Source of the DNA: an uncultured virus (IMG/VR IMGVR_UViG_3300044647_000866)
Lineage: Duplodnaviria > Heunggongvirae > Uroviricota > Caudoviricetes
DNA: 64,000 nucleotides
Virus record (IMG/VR): IMGVR_UViG_3300044647_000866
Reading direction: 5' to 3' (one strand)
The position numbers were made by a program, and so were the translations under genes. The notes beneath the pieces were generated by a model. It saw nothing but the letters and a program-made list of their open reading frames with translations, was not told the origin of the DNA and searched no databases. Shown here piece by piece: positions 36,298 through 45,861 of this stretch (positions are counted from its first letter, which is position 1; every line of letters starts with the position of its first letter).

Positions 36298-39200
36298 ATG
36301 GCCATTGATACTTCATTCCTGTTTAAGCAGACCGGATCGACTCAGCCTGAGAAACGAGCCGCTGCGATACAGGATGCCGCCGCACAGCAGGATGACCAGC
36401 TGATCACGGGCACTCAGCCGTCGTCTATCGACACTAGCTTCCTGTTCAAGGCTCCCGCTCGCGCCGCTATTCCGCCTGAGACAACACCTGAAGAAGTTGC
36501 CGCTGAGCAACCCGGCACGTCTAACCCGCTTTATGGTGCTGCCGCTAGAACAGCAACCATTGCTGGCGAAACTGTCGAGGCCACGAAGCGCGTTGGAGAA
36601 GCTGCTCCTGTATCAGCCTTCCAGCCGGGTATCTCCGGACTTGGCGCTGGGATTAAGCTTGTCGCCCCAACTCTACAGAAGTGGGCAGACGGTCTTCGAG
36701 GCTGGGGAGAGAGCATTGGCTACTCTCCTAGCACTCAGCTAAAAAACATAAGCGACAATCCATTAACTCTTATTCCGTTTATCGCGGAAAGAGTTATCAC
36801 ATCTGTTCCCGATATGGCTGCTGCAGCTTTGGCTACTCCCGTGTATGCCGCTGCTCGCACAAACGAAGTGCTTAACGAGCGCCTCAAGAACGATCAGAAA
36901 ACTCTTGAGGATGCCACGGTTGGTGACGTTGCCACCGCCGCTGGCGTTGCCGCTGTCGAAACTATGTTCGAGCGTTTTGCCACTAACCGCATCTTCAAGA
37001 AACTTCCTGAAGGCGAGGGCTTGTCGATTCCGCGAACCCTCCAAGAGACTGGCGTTCAGGCTGGAACTGAGGGCGTAGAAGAAGCCGCTGCGTACCTTGG
37101 CGGAACAGCTGGCACCAAGGCTGGCGTAAACGTCAACGACCTTGCGGCTAACGTACTTGAGGGCATGATCGTTGGCGGCGGACTTGGCGCAACAACTCAG
37201 GCTGTTAGGGAGATTGCCACCGCGCTCCGGAAGGAGCCTTCTGCCGGCCCCACAACTGCAGAAGCGCAACCGACCCCAGTGGCACCTGTTGGAGAACCCG
37301 CAGCCACAGCCGAAACAACTACTGTTTCACAGCCTAGCACAACTGTTGTTTCTGACGCGCAAGCTGCAGCACCGACTGTTGAGCCTGCTGGAACAGCTGT
37401 TACCCCTGTCGTTACGGATCAAGGGGTTACGGCTCCGGCTCTTGCTGTTGCCGCTGCACCAGTAACAGCTGCTCCCGCAGAGACAGAGGGTGCGGGAATT
37501 ATCTCGACTGCAGACCTCAAGCAGCAGCTCGTCGAGATCGATGCCGAAGCTGCCGCCCGTGCTGCAGAACAGGCTCTGGCCACGACTGAGCTGCCCGAAG
37601 GCCTTACTGTGGATAACTCCGTCACCGAAAACTTCGGGCCGGATGACACACGCTTCGCCGCCTTCGAGTCGCCTACCGACAAGGAGCTGTATGTCCTTGG
37701 CAAGCTGAATCGTCGCCCTGCAAAGACGCCTGAGCTGACGGAGACGGCGCGTCAGCTGACTTCCAAGGTATCTGAGGCTCTGGGTATCCCCGTCGAGGAA
37801 GTCGCCCAGAGGGCGGAGGCGACCCGTGTGGCGACACAGAACGGGTTGTCCGGCGTCCAAGCTGGGGCGGTGTATCGAGTCCCGACAGGGATCACTACGC
37901 CTCCCGTCAGCCCCCTAATGCAGCTTGCGAGCGACCAGATCGGGGAAAAGTTTAGCCTCCCAGAAGGGGAGAAGGTTGTCATCCCCGAAGCGCCGGTTGA
38001 CCCGGTGCGCACTAAGATCGCCTCCGTCATCAAGGATGCGTTCGGGGTGGACGTGGTGTGGGCCAGCCTGCCGAAGGGCGGCAAGGTCAAGACCAACAAG
38101 GGCCGCGAGCTGGTCGCCATCAACGGCGCACGCATTGCCGGCACGAATGCCATCCTGCTCGACGCCAACAACTACAGCTTCCTGAACACGCTGGGCCACG
38201 AGCTGACCCACGTTCTGGAGACTCAGTACCCGCAGCTTTATCAGCAGCTGATAACACTCGCCAAGGCGAAGGTCAGCAAGAAGTTCCAGAACCAGCTTCG
38301 CAAGGAAGTTGCTAACGATGCTGAGTTCAACTCAGAGCTGGTGGCTGAGATGGTCGGCGAGCAATCGACTGATCCGAAGTTCTGGCAGGAAGTGTTCGAC
38401 GCAGCTGGCGATCAGACTTCCGCTCAGGGATTCCTCGATGCGCTGAACAAGATCATCGACCGTATCCTGAGTGCGCTTCAGGGCTACCAGCCGATGGTCG
38501 TCCAGAGCCGCAAGGATGCACTGGCCGTGCGTCAGGCTGCTCAGCAAGCGTTCCAGCAGTGGATCACGGCACGACAACAGGCTGCTCAGCAGGTCGCCGC
38601 AGACCAGCAAGCCGCAGTGCAGGCTGCCGCAGCCGTTACTCGCCCAGCGCCAGCGGTCAATCCGTTCTTGGTCGGCACATCACTAGACCCAAATGCACCC
38701 AAACCGGCGGAGCTTGGCCCACCGAAGGTTCCACCTTCACGGCAGGCTCAGGTCAACATTGGCCAGAAGGGCCGCCGCTTTGTCACCTTTGCCGCTGACC
38801 TCGACAAGGATCTGTTCGAGCTTGGCGCTAAGCTGAAGAAGGCCGCAAAAACGCTGAGCAAGTCTGACCGTGAATCAGCCGACGCTCGTCTCGTTCGGTT
38901 TATGGCCGTCACCGGCCTGCCCCGCGCAGAGATGATCGATGTCGCAAAGAACTATCGAGATGCTGTCGTCAAGGCAGCGGGTGCTGTTCAGGAGGACGGC
39001 ACCTACGAAGCCCCGGCAACCAACATAGGAGAGCGTCGTGCCGTTGAAGAAAGGAAAGTCGAAGAGCGTCGTGAGCCGCAACGTGAGCGAGCTGATGAAC
39101 AAGTACGAGAAGTCCGGCAAGATCGGGAGCAGCCGCCCGTCGAGCAAGCCGAAGGCGCAGAAGCAGGCGGTCGCGATCGCGCTGCAGAAGGCAGGCCGCA

Positions 39201-42200
39201 GCCGGAAGAAGTAGCCGCTGAGGAAGAAGTCGTAAGGGAGCTGCCGCAGTTCTCGCGTAAGCGTCCTGCGGTAGACCCCGACTTCGCCGACAGTGTTGCT
39301 GAAGATGTTGGCCTCAACGCAGAACTATCTGAGGCCACGTCTCTCAAGTACCAGACCGGCAAGTCCGGCGAGGATCAGTTCAACACACCAGTTGTTGGCG
39401 GACTGACCAACACTGTTCTTGAGATTGAGCGTGCCCGTCGAGAAGGCACTCTTGGGCAGCTCGACCTCGACAGCGAGAGCGATCGCAATACTGTTGCGAA
39501 GATGCTTGCCGCCGAAGTTGTTGCTGCTGTTCGTGCCGGCGGTGGCGCTAAGGAGTGGTATGACAAGACCATCCGTCGCACTCTCGCTATGGCATCGCTC
39601 AAGTTTCCTGAGCTTTCCACCGACAAGGAAGCGCAGACCGCATTCCGTCTGTCTGTTGCCATCACTTCGCAAGGCCTGAACGTAGAGGACAACCTCAAGT
39701 TCGCCATGCAGGTGTACGGTGAGTACAGAAAGAGCGGCACCTTCCCGCTCAAGGGGCAGGGCAAGAACGGCGGCGCGATGGTGAGCAACTTCCAGCTTGC
39801 CAATACGCTCATGGAAAAGATGGGCATGGAGCGATTCTCTCGCTTCCTTGAGACTGACTTCGTTGCGTCTGAGTTGAATGCAGTCGGCTTCAACATCGAC
39901 GAACTTGCTGACGAGAAGATCCTTGGCTCGTCTGTGTTCGGCCCGAAGATCGGCTTCGGCTTCTACTCGAATCTCTCTGGCAACTTCGAGCCTGTCACGA
40001 TCGACATGTGGTTCATGCGAACCATTGGCCGCTTGATAGGCAAGCTTCGCGCTTTCGACGCCAAGCTGTTTGCCTCGCAGCGAGACAAGTTCCGTGCAGC
40101 GTTTGCTGTTGAAGGCGTCAACGGCATCTTCATCAATTCCCGCAACATGTCTGGCAGCCGTCTGTTCAGTGCAGACCTTGTGCAGAACGCGGCAACAGAC
40201 GATGACGCAGCTGTTACTTTGGCCCGACTTGTTACCCGTGCGCACGAGCGTGACTTCAAAGTCAATCGCAAGGCCTACGACAACAAGACTCGCGTCAAGT
40301 CATCGCTAGTCAATAACGCGGCCAACATGCTAAAGTCCCTCGACAAGCCGAAGGATGCACCTTCGAGCGGGTCTGAGAGGCGCAACCTACGTGACATTGT
40401 TCGTCAGACAGTCTCCCTTGTTGAGGGTGTTGTCGGCGAGCGTATCCCGCCGGCTTCTATGCAGGCTCTTGTCTGGTATCCAGAGCAGGAGTTGTACAAG
40501 TCGTTTGGCGTGAAGCTTCGTGTAACGAGCCAAGACTATGCCGGTGCAATCCGTAAAATCCTTGAGAAGGAGGGATACAGTGGAAGAGAACTCAGCGCAG
40601 CAGCCGAATCTGGATCAAGAGGCGCACAACGAGTGGCTGGCCAGCCTCTCGAAGCCGAAGATGCTGGAGTTGTCGGACAAGTTGAACAGCCTGATGCTGC
40701 AGAAAGAGCAGGCCGCCAGCTCACCGCAAGAGAGCGTGAGCGACTCCTCGTCTCCGAAGTCATTAAGCGGTATCGACAGAGCAGTGCAGAGGCACAAGGG
40801 TCTTACAAGATCCGAAGCGCAGGAGATGGCCGACGCATTCGGGTTCTGAGTAATGACGCCAAGGCTGAATACAAGCCGGTCATTACTTTCAAGAATGCAC
40901 TTGGAGCCGTAGGCAAGCCGGCTCCCACCATGTACGAGCTGGATGGCGGAGCGCCCTTGTTCCGTCAGGCCATCCAAGACTCGAAGAACAACAGCAAGTT
41001 TGGTGCTGCGGTCTACGTCTACGACGAGGCCGACTACGCCAACATGCGCCTGTTCATCTCTGATGACGGCAAGTCAGGCTTCGCCCTCAAGGGCAATGAC
41101 ATTGTCTCTGTGTTTAGCGGACAGAAGGGATCTGCCAACGCCATGCTGCAGCTTGCTGTGGATCAGGGCGGACAGCGGCTTGATGCCTTCGACACTGTTC
41201 TTCCTGAGCTGTATGCAGACAACGGCTTCAAGGTTGTTGCTCGCGTTAAATGGAATGACGAGTACAGCCCTGAAGGCTGGGACAAGGCGACGTTCGCCAA
41301 GTACAACAACGGCGAGCCTGATGTCGTGTTCATGGTCTATGACCCGGCCAACGCTTCTGAGCTTGGCGGCAAGACCATTGAGAACTACGACGATGGCGTA
41401 GCTGCGCAGGAAGATGCGATCGGCAAGCAGACTATCCAGTTCTCCCGTGTTCGCAGCGAGACAAATGCTGACGGCAAGCAGATTGCCAGCACGCCTGAAT
41501 TCATCCAGAACTTCTGGAACTGGTTCGGCGACAGCAAGATCGTAGACCGCCGTGGCCGCCCAAAGGTCATGTATCACGGCACGATTCCGCCCACTGTTGG
41601 CGCTGAAGAGTTTATCGACCAAGGCATCAGCGTGTTCCGCCGCGGCACTGGTGGCGCGATCTTCGTGTCACCTGACGAGCGAGTTGCGAACACGTACGCT
41701 GGGCCGGGTGGATCTGTGTATCCATTGTATATACGCGCTGAGAATCCGTTCGACTTCGAGAATCCTGATCACGTCAAGCGAGTTCTGGATATCTGGGAGT
41801 CCAATAACGTCGGTATCCGCGAGACTCGTGAGCAGGCCATTGCCAAAGGCAAGTGGCAGATGATCGAGAACGTCGAGATCCAAGACGCCATCAAGCTTGC
41901 CGGCTTCGACAGCTACTACGTGAAGGAGACTGGGGCCAAGAACCTCGCGCTGTACGACCCATCACAGTTGAAGTCAGCTGTTGGGAATGTTGGCGAGTTC
42001 TCGCCTGAGCGTCCTGAGATCCAGTTCTCGAAGGTGCGTCAGGGCCGCAAGTACTGGCTGCCTGAGTTCGGTCGACTGCAGCGTTTGCTGCGTGGCGTGC
42101 AAAACGAAGTGCTTGCCACTGCTCGTGCGCAAAGGGCTGTTGCTGCTCAGGGTGGCGTGCTGACTGACTCGACAGAGATCGAGTCGGCAATGCATCGCAT

Positions 42201-44712
42201 GTATGGCCGCGCCGGAAACCGTCTCGATCGCTTCCGCAAGGACGTAGTCGAGCAGATCCTCAAGCGTGCTTCTGACATGAACGTCAGCCTTGCAGACGTT
42301 GAGCTGTACTTGTACGCCAACCATGCCAAGGAAGCGAACCGTCGCATTGCTTCGATCAATCCGCAGATGCCAGATGGCGGCTCAGGCATGACGAATGCTG
42401 AAGCTGATCAGGTTATGGCAACGCTGCGGCAGGACATGCCACAGTTCCTGCGCACGAAGTCCATCGCAGATGAGATTCAGAACATCACAAAGATGACTCA
42501 GGCTGCGCTGGTCAATGGCGACATTGTCAGCCCTGCTGATTTGGCCGCTTGGAACGCCACGTACAACTACTACGTTCCGCTCAAGACATTCGAGCAGGCT
42601 GACGATCTTGGCCGGGTGACTGGCAATGGCCGGTTTGACCTTGCCAATGCATTCTCGAAGCGTCGACTTGGTCGCAGCAGCAAAGCCGGCGCGATCGTCG
42701 AGAACATCTTGGCGGACTACGAGGAAGCTGTTGTCGCTGTTGAGCGAAACAATGTACGCAAGGCGTGGCTGCAGTTTATCCTGAGCAACAAGGACAGCGA
42801 ACTGTGGCAGGTCAACAAGCCTGTCATGCAGCGTGCGTTCTACAAGAACCCTGTCGAGGAAGTTCGATACCGCCTGACTATCCAGAAGGATGCGGAGACT
42901 CTCCCAGTCCGTGTGGGTGGCGAGGTGTATCACATGGTCATCAAAGACCCTGAGATCCTCGAAGAACTGCAGATGACGAGTGTCCTGTCGCAGTTCCCGG
43001 ATACGATCAAGTCAATCCTTGGCGGCATGAATACGTTTGGCCGCACGCTATCCAAGCTGTGGACTGTGCTGTCGCCGCCGTTCGTGCTGATCAACGCATC
43101 TCGCGACATTCAGACATCGCTGATCAACACCGGCATCGACCAAGGGCTGTGGAGTTCCGCGAAGCTGTTGGCAACACTGCCGAAGGCTGCTTACACAGTG
43201 TGGCGTGCTGAGCGTAACAACGCTTGGACTGGCGACCTGAAACAGTACTACGACATGTATCGTGCTGATGGCGGCAAGACTGGTGCGCTTGATCTGAGGC
43301 AGATCGAAGACCGCCACAGTGATCTGATGTCCATGTATCGCAACGCACAGGCGTCGATAGGTAAGCCACTGACGTACCACCGCCTGACCATGCGGTATCT
43401 GAAGGGCGTAGAAAACTTCATGATGGACATCAACGGTGCCATCGAAGGCGCTGCTCGTGTTGCCGCATACAAGGTCGCAATGGAGAACGGTAAGTCGCGC
43501 ATCCAAGCGACTAACATTGCGAAGGAAATCACGGTCAACTTCAACCGTCGCGGCAAGTGGACTCCGGTGCTGAGCGGAATGTACCTGTTCTTCAACCCTG
43601 CAGTTCAGGGTGCAAAGCGCACGGTGAGCGCTGTGTTCAGCAAGCGTGGCGCTGCTGTCGCAACTGGGCTTGCAACCCTTGGATACTTCATTGCAGAGAT
43701 GGCGGCCTCCGCTGTCGGTGACGATGAGGAGCCGTACTGGGATAAGCCATCAATGCGCCAGACTAAGCTGAAGAACCTTGTGTTCTTCGGGCCGAATGGC
43801 GAGACCTACAATGTCCCGCTGCCGTATGGCTTTGGCTTCTTCGTGAACCTTGGCTATGCGCTTCGTGACCTGAAGAATGGCGCAGACCCGTTAAAGGTCG
43901 GTGCGTTTATGCGAGATTCCGCATCGCTTCATTTCTCGCCGCTTGGCTCGATGGACAACATGGCGACCTTCCTGTCTCCGACGCTCATCGATCCGGCGAT
44001 GGTTCTCATCACTGGCGAGAAGGAGACTGGCCTGCCGCTTATGCCGGAAGACTTCACTGGAGTCACCCCGGACAGCGAGCGGTACTGGAACAACACTCGC
44101 GATACGATGTTCCAGAACGTAACTGCTGCTCTGTATGAGATGACCGGCGGTGGCGCTGGCGGAAAGATGGCTATCGACGTGTCGCCTGAGTCTGTCGAGT
44201 ACATCACGTCGTTCCTGACAGGCGGTGCTGGTACGTTTGTGAAGGATGTCATCAAGACATTCGATGCGATGGCCAACACCGGCACTGCGTCGGCCACTGA
44301 GCAGAACCTGATCCCGATCTTGAAGGCCGTTCACAGGCAGCCCGACGGTCGGTATGACTCCAGCGCGTTCTACGAGAATGCCAAGGAGGCAAAGGAAGCC
44401 GCTCGTGACTTCAATGCGATCATGGAGTCAGAGACCGAAGTGTCCGAAGAGAAGCTTGCCTACGCAGACTCTGTTGCTGGCATGGCCGCACTATCGCGGT
44501 TTGCAGACAAGCAGAAGCGAGCCATCTCAAACCTGCGCCAGCAGGACTTGGACATCCAGCAGGATGAAACTTTAACTAGGGAAGAGAAATATGGACTTCG
44601 TAAAGAAATTGCTGAGCAGATTCGTCAAACCCAAGTTGAGTTCAACGTCGCCTTCTACGCCGAGCGTCGAGCCGCCGAAGCAGAAGAAGCAGAAGGTCAA
44701 GCTGAAGAATAA
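36298..44712 (+). CDS. Giant polyvalent ejection protein, 2804 aa (HExxH, GNAT-like, ART-like, LPD38-like C-terminus)
   Basis: GHELTH; VTIDMW; RLDAFDTVLPELY..NGF; WFGDSKIVD..G.PKVMYHGT...QLKSAVGN.GEF; TVNFNRRG...YLFFNPAVQG...VPLPYGFG. Confidence 0.85.
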   Translation: MAIDTSFLFKQTGSTQPEKRAAAIQDAAAQQDDQLITGTQPSSIDTSFLFKAPARAAIPPETTPEEVAAEQPGTSNPLYGAAARTATIAGETVEATKRVGEAAPVSAFQPGISGLGAGIKLVAPTLQKWADGLRGWGESIGYSPSTQLKNISDNPLTLIPFIAERVITSVPDMAAAALATPVYAAARTNEVLNERLKNDQKTLEDATVGDVATAAGVAAVETMFERFATNRIFKKLPEGEGLSIPRTLQETGVQAGTEGVEEAAAYLGGTAGTKAGVNVNDLAANVLEGMIVGGGLGATTQAVREIATALRKEPSAGPTTAEAQPTPVAPVGEPAATAETTTVSQPSTTVVSDAQAAAPTVEPAGTAVTPVVTDQGVTAPALAVAAAPVTAAPAETEGAGIISTADLKQQLVEIDAEAAARAAEQALATTELPEGLTVDNSVTENFGPDDTRFAAFESPTDKELYVLGKLNRRPAKTPELTETARQLTSKVSEALGIPVEEVAQRAEATRVATQNGLSGVQAGAVYRVPTGITTPPVSPLMQLASDQIGEKFSLPEGEKVVIPEAPVDPVRTKIASVIKDAFGVDVVWASLPKGGKVKTNKGRELVAINGARIAGTNAILLDANNYSFLNTLGHELTHVLETQYPQLYQQLITLAKAKVSKKFQNQLRKEVANDAEFNSELVAEMVGEQSTDPKFWQEVFDAAGDQTSAQGFLDALNKIIDRILSALQGYQPMVVQSRKDALAVRQAAQQAFQQWITARQQAAQQVAADQQAAVQAAAAVTRPAPAVNPFLVGTSLDPNAPKPAELGPPKVPPSRQAQVNIGQKGRRFVTFAADLDKDLFELGAKLKKAAKTLSKSDRESADARLVRFMAVTGLPRAEMIDVAKNYRDAVVKAAGAVQEDGTYEAPATNIGERRAVEERKVEERREPQRERADEQVREVRQDREQPPVEQAEGAEAGGRDRAAEGRPQPEEVAAEEEVVRELPQFSRKRPAVDPDFADSVAEDVGLNAELSEATSLKYQTGKSGEDQFNTPVVGGLTNTVLEIERARREGTLGQLDLDSESDRNTVAKMLAAEVVAAVRAGGGAKEWYDKTIRRTLAMASLKFPELSTDKEAQTAFRLSVAITSQGLNVEDNLKFAMQVYGEYRKSGTFPLKGQGKNGGAMVSNFQLANTLMEKMGMERFSRFLETDFVASELNAVGFNIDELADEKILGSSVFGPKIGFGFYSNLSGNFEPVTIDMWFMRTIGRLIGKLRAFDAKLFASQRDKFRAAFAVEGVNGIFINSRNMSGSRLFSADLVQNAATDDDAAVTLARLVTRAHERDFKVNRKAYDNKTRVKSSLVNNAANMLKSLDKPKDAPSSGSERRNLRDIVRQTVSLVEGVVGERIPPASMQALVWYPEQELYKSFGVKLRVTSQDYAGAIRKILEKEGYSGRELSAAAESGSRGAQRVAGQPLEAEDAGVVGQVEQPDAAERAGRQLTARERERLLVSEVIKRYRQSSAEAQGSYKIRSAGDGRRIRVLSNDAKAEYKPVITFKNALGAVGKPAPTMYELDGGAPLFRQAIQDSKNNSKFGAAVYVYDEADYANMRLFISDDGKSGFALKGNDIVSVFSGQKGSANAMLQLAVDQGGQRLDAFDTVLPELYADNGFKVVARVKWNDEYSPEGWDKATFAKYNNGEPDVVFMVYDPANASELGGKTIENYDDGVAAQEDAIGKQTIQFSRVRSETNADGKQIASTPEFIQNFWNWFGDSKIVDRRGRPKVMYHGTIPPTVGAEEFIDQGISVFRRGTGGAIFVSPDERVANTYAGPGGSVYPLYIRAENPFDFENPDHVKRVLDIWESNNVGIRETREQAIAKGKWQMIENVEIQDAIKLAGFDSYYVKETGAKNLALYDPSQLKSAVGNVGEFSPERPEIQFSKVRQGRKYWLPEFGRLQRLLRGVQNEVLATARAQRAVAAQGGVLTDSTEIESAMHRMYGRAGNRLDRFRKDVVEQILKRASDMNVSLADVELYLYANHAKEANRRIASINPQMPDGGSGMTNAEADQVMATLRQDMPQFLRTKSIADEIQNITKMTQAALVNGDIVSPADLAAWNATYNYYVPLKTFEQADDLGRVTGNGRFDLANAFSKRRLGRSSKAGAIVENILADYEEAVVAVERNNVRKAWLQFILSNKDSELWQVNKPVMQRAFYKNPVEEVRYRLTIQKDAETLPVRVGGEVYHMVIKDPEILEELQMTSVLSQFPDTIKSILGGMNTFGRTLSKLWTVLSPPFVLINASRDIQTSLINTGIDQGLWSSAKLLATLPKAAYTVWRAERNNAWTGDLKQYYDMYRADGGKTGALDLRQIEDRHSDLMSMYRNAQASIGKPLTYHRLTMRYLKGVENFMMDINGAIEGAARVAAYKVAMENGKSRIQATNIAKEITVNFNRRGKWTPVLSGMYLFFNPAVQGAKRTVSAVFSKRGAAVATGLATLGYFIAEMAASAVGDDEEPYWDKPSMRQTKLKNLVFFGPNGETYNVPLPYGFGFFVNLGYALRDLKNGADPLKVGAFMRDSASLHFSPLGSMDNMATFLSPTLIDPAMVLITGEKETGLPLMPEDFTGVTPDSERYWNNTRDTMFQNVTAALYEMTGGGAGGKMAIDVSPESVEYITSFLTGGAGTFVKDVIKTFDAMANTGTASATEQNLIPILKAVHRQPDGRYDSSAFYENAKEAKEAARDFNAIMESETEVSEEKLAYADSVAGMAALSRFADKQKRAISNLRQQDLDIQQDETLTREEKYGLRKEIAEQIRQTQVEFNVAFYAERRAAEAEEAEGQAEE
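39038..39214 (+). CDS. Nested (+1 frame) small basic protein of the PLKKG...QAVAIAL type
   Basis: AGGAG 6 nt before GTG; (M)PLKKGKSKSVVSRNVSELMNKYEKSGKIGSSRPSSKPKAQKQAVAIALQKAGRSRKK*. Confidence 0.72.
   Translation: MPLKKGKSKSVVSRNVSELMNKYEKSGKIGSSRPSSKPKAQKQAVAIALQKAGRSRKK
40580..40849 (+). CDS. Nested (+1 frame) 89-aa protein
   Basis: AAGGAGG 6 nt before GTG; ends IDRAVQRHKGLTRSEAQEMADAFGF. Confidence 0.6.
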   Translation: MEENSAQQPNLDQEAHNEWLASLSKPKMLELSDKLNSLMLQKEQAASSPQESVSDSSSPKSLSGIDRAVQRHKGLTRSEAQEMADAFGF

Positions 44713-44722
44713 GCGCAAGTAA

Positions 44723-44887
44723 TCAGAGGTAGTCGCGCCCTCCCCTCCTGCACCGCCAGTTGGGGGGAGGGACTTGCCTCCACATCTCGTGTCGCATGCG
44801 GTCTGTGTGTCGCTTCATCTTGATGTAGCCAAAGACAAGTGGCGGCAGAATGATTAGCGCCATGATTGCTATTGCCATTTGTTCCAT
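44723..44887 (-). CDS. Small membrane protein, 54 aa
   Basis: MEQMAIAIMALIILPPLVFGYIK...VPPPNWRCRRGGRDYL*. Confidence 0.55.
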   Translation of the reverse strand: MEQMAIAIMALIILPPLVFGYIKMKRHTDRMRHEMWRQVPPPNWRCRRGGRDYL

Positions 44888-45033
44888 CTGATTTCCATCT
44901 CCTGTATGACGGTTTCAAGGAACTCCACTTTCTTCTGAAGCTCCTCAATGACACGGGCCTGCTCTTCAATCGTTCTGCTAAGCTCCTCTCGCTTAGCATC
45001 AGACAGGGCACCGAAGTTTAGTTCGTCGGTCAT
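44869..45033 (-). CDS. Small coiled-coil protein, 54 aa
   Basis: MTDELNFGALSDAKREELSRTIEEQARVIEELQKKVEFLE...; ATGA coupling. Confidence 0.55.
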   Translation of the reverse strand: MTDELNFGALSDAKREELSRTIEEQARVIEELQKKVEFLETVIQEMEIRWNKWQ

Positions 45034-45191
45034 CTGAATAAAAAGTTAAACAGCAGAACAACTGTTGTTGCAACGCCGACAACGTAGAAGAACACCGTTG
45101 AAAGCAGGAACACCGCAATGCCTGTGGCTATCCTTCTTTGTTCCCTGTAAACCCGATCCGGGTCACGGGACTGATCTCTATTCCTCTTCAT
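45030..45191 (-). CDS. Small membrane protein
   Basis: GGAGG SD; long hydrophobic C-terminal segment. Confidence 0.55.
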   Translation of the reverse strand: MKRNRDQSRDPDRVYREQRRIATGIAVFLLSTVFFYVVGVATTVVLLFNFLFR

Positions 45192-45442
45192 GCCGCCTCC
45201 TCTGCGGTCAATGATGGCACCCCCTCCCATTTCTCGCGCACCCAATATCCGCTCGCGTTTACAACCATACCGCGAGCATCCATCTCTTCAACGGTAAGGC
45301 ACCTGCGGGGGATCTTCTTGCGCACTCCATCTACCATCACATTCCCGATTCGATGTTCATCGAAAGCGCCGACACTGTTGAAGTAGTGTCCGCACCCGCT
45401 GCATCTGCACCGGCTCATCCCAACTGTTAGTTTCTCATTCAT
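45188..45442 (-). CDS. FDXHR-type zinc-binding protein
   Basis: CSGCGHYFNSVGAFDEHRIG...RRCL motif. Confidence 0.75.
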   Translation of the reverse strand: MNEKLTVGMSRCRCSGCGHYFNSVGAFDEHRIGNVMVDGVRKKIPRRCLTVEEMDARGMVVNASGYWVREKWEGVPSLTAEEAA

Positions 45443-45540
45443 CCCAGTGAACCCTCCCGCCAAACCTGCGAGCGTCTGACTCTATACGCCTGCGGACATC
45501 GTCAATACTGTAGTACCCAGTCCACAGCCACCACCAAAAC

Positions 45541-45861
45541 CTACTGACCTTCTGTGTAAAAGTCGAAAGATAAGTCACGGCTTTCCTCCTCGAAGTCGAC
45601 GCGCTTTTCCAGCGCACGTCTTGAAAACAGTTTGCCGGTAAGGCTCTTCCTGCCGGAGCGGCTCATGCATCGCATGCGAATTTTCTCCGCATCGAGATCC
45701 AGCATGTCGCAGATCCAGCGCAGCGAACCAGCCTCTTGGGAGTCGCTGTTTATCCAACGCGCCGCCTGCGCACGCACGACCCTGTCTCCTCGAAGGTCAA
45801 TATCGCAGATGGCTTGGCTGATAACACTAGCCCACAGCTGTCTTATACCCTGATCATTCAC
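45541..45861 (-). CDS. Hypothetical phage protein
   Basis: LWASVISQAICD...ARWI...SLRWICDMLDLDAEKIR pattern; GTG start inferred. Confidence 0.65.
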   Translation of the reverse strand: MNDQGIRQLWASVISQAICDIDLRGDRVVRAQAARWINSDSQEAGSLRWICDMLDLDAEKIRMRCMSRSGRKSLTGKLFSRRALEKRVDFEEESRDLSFDFYTEGQ

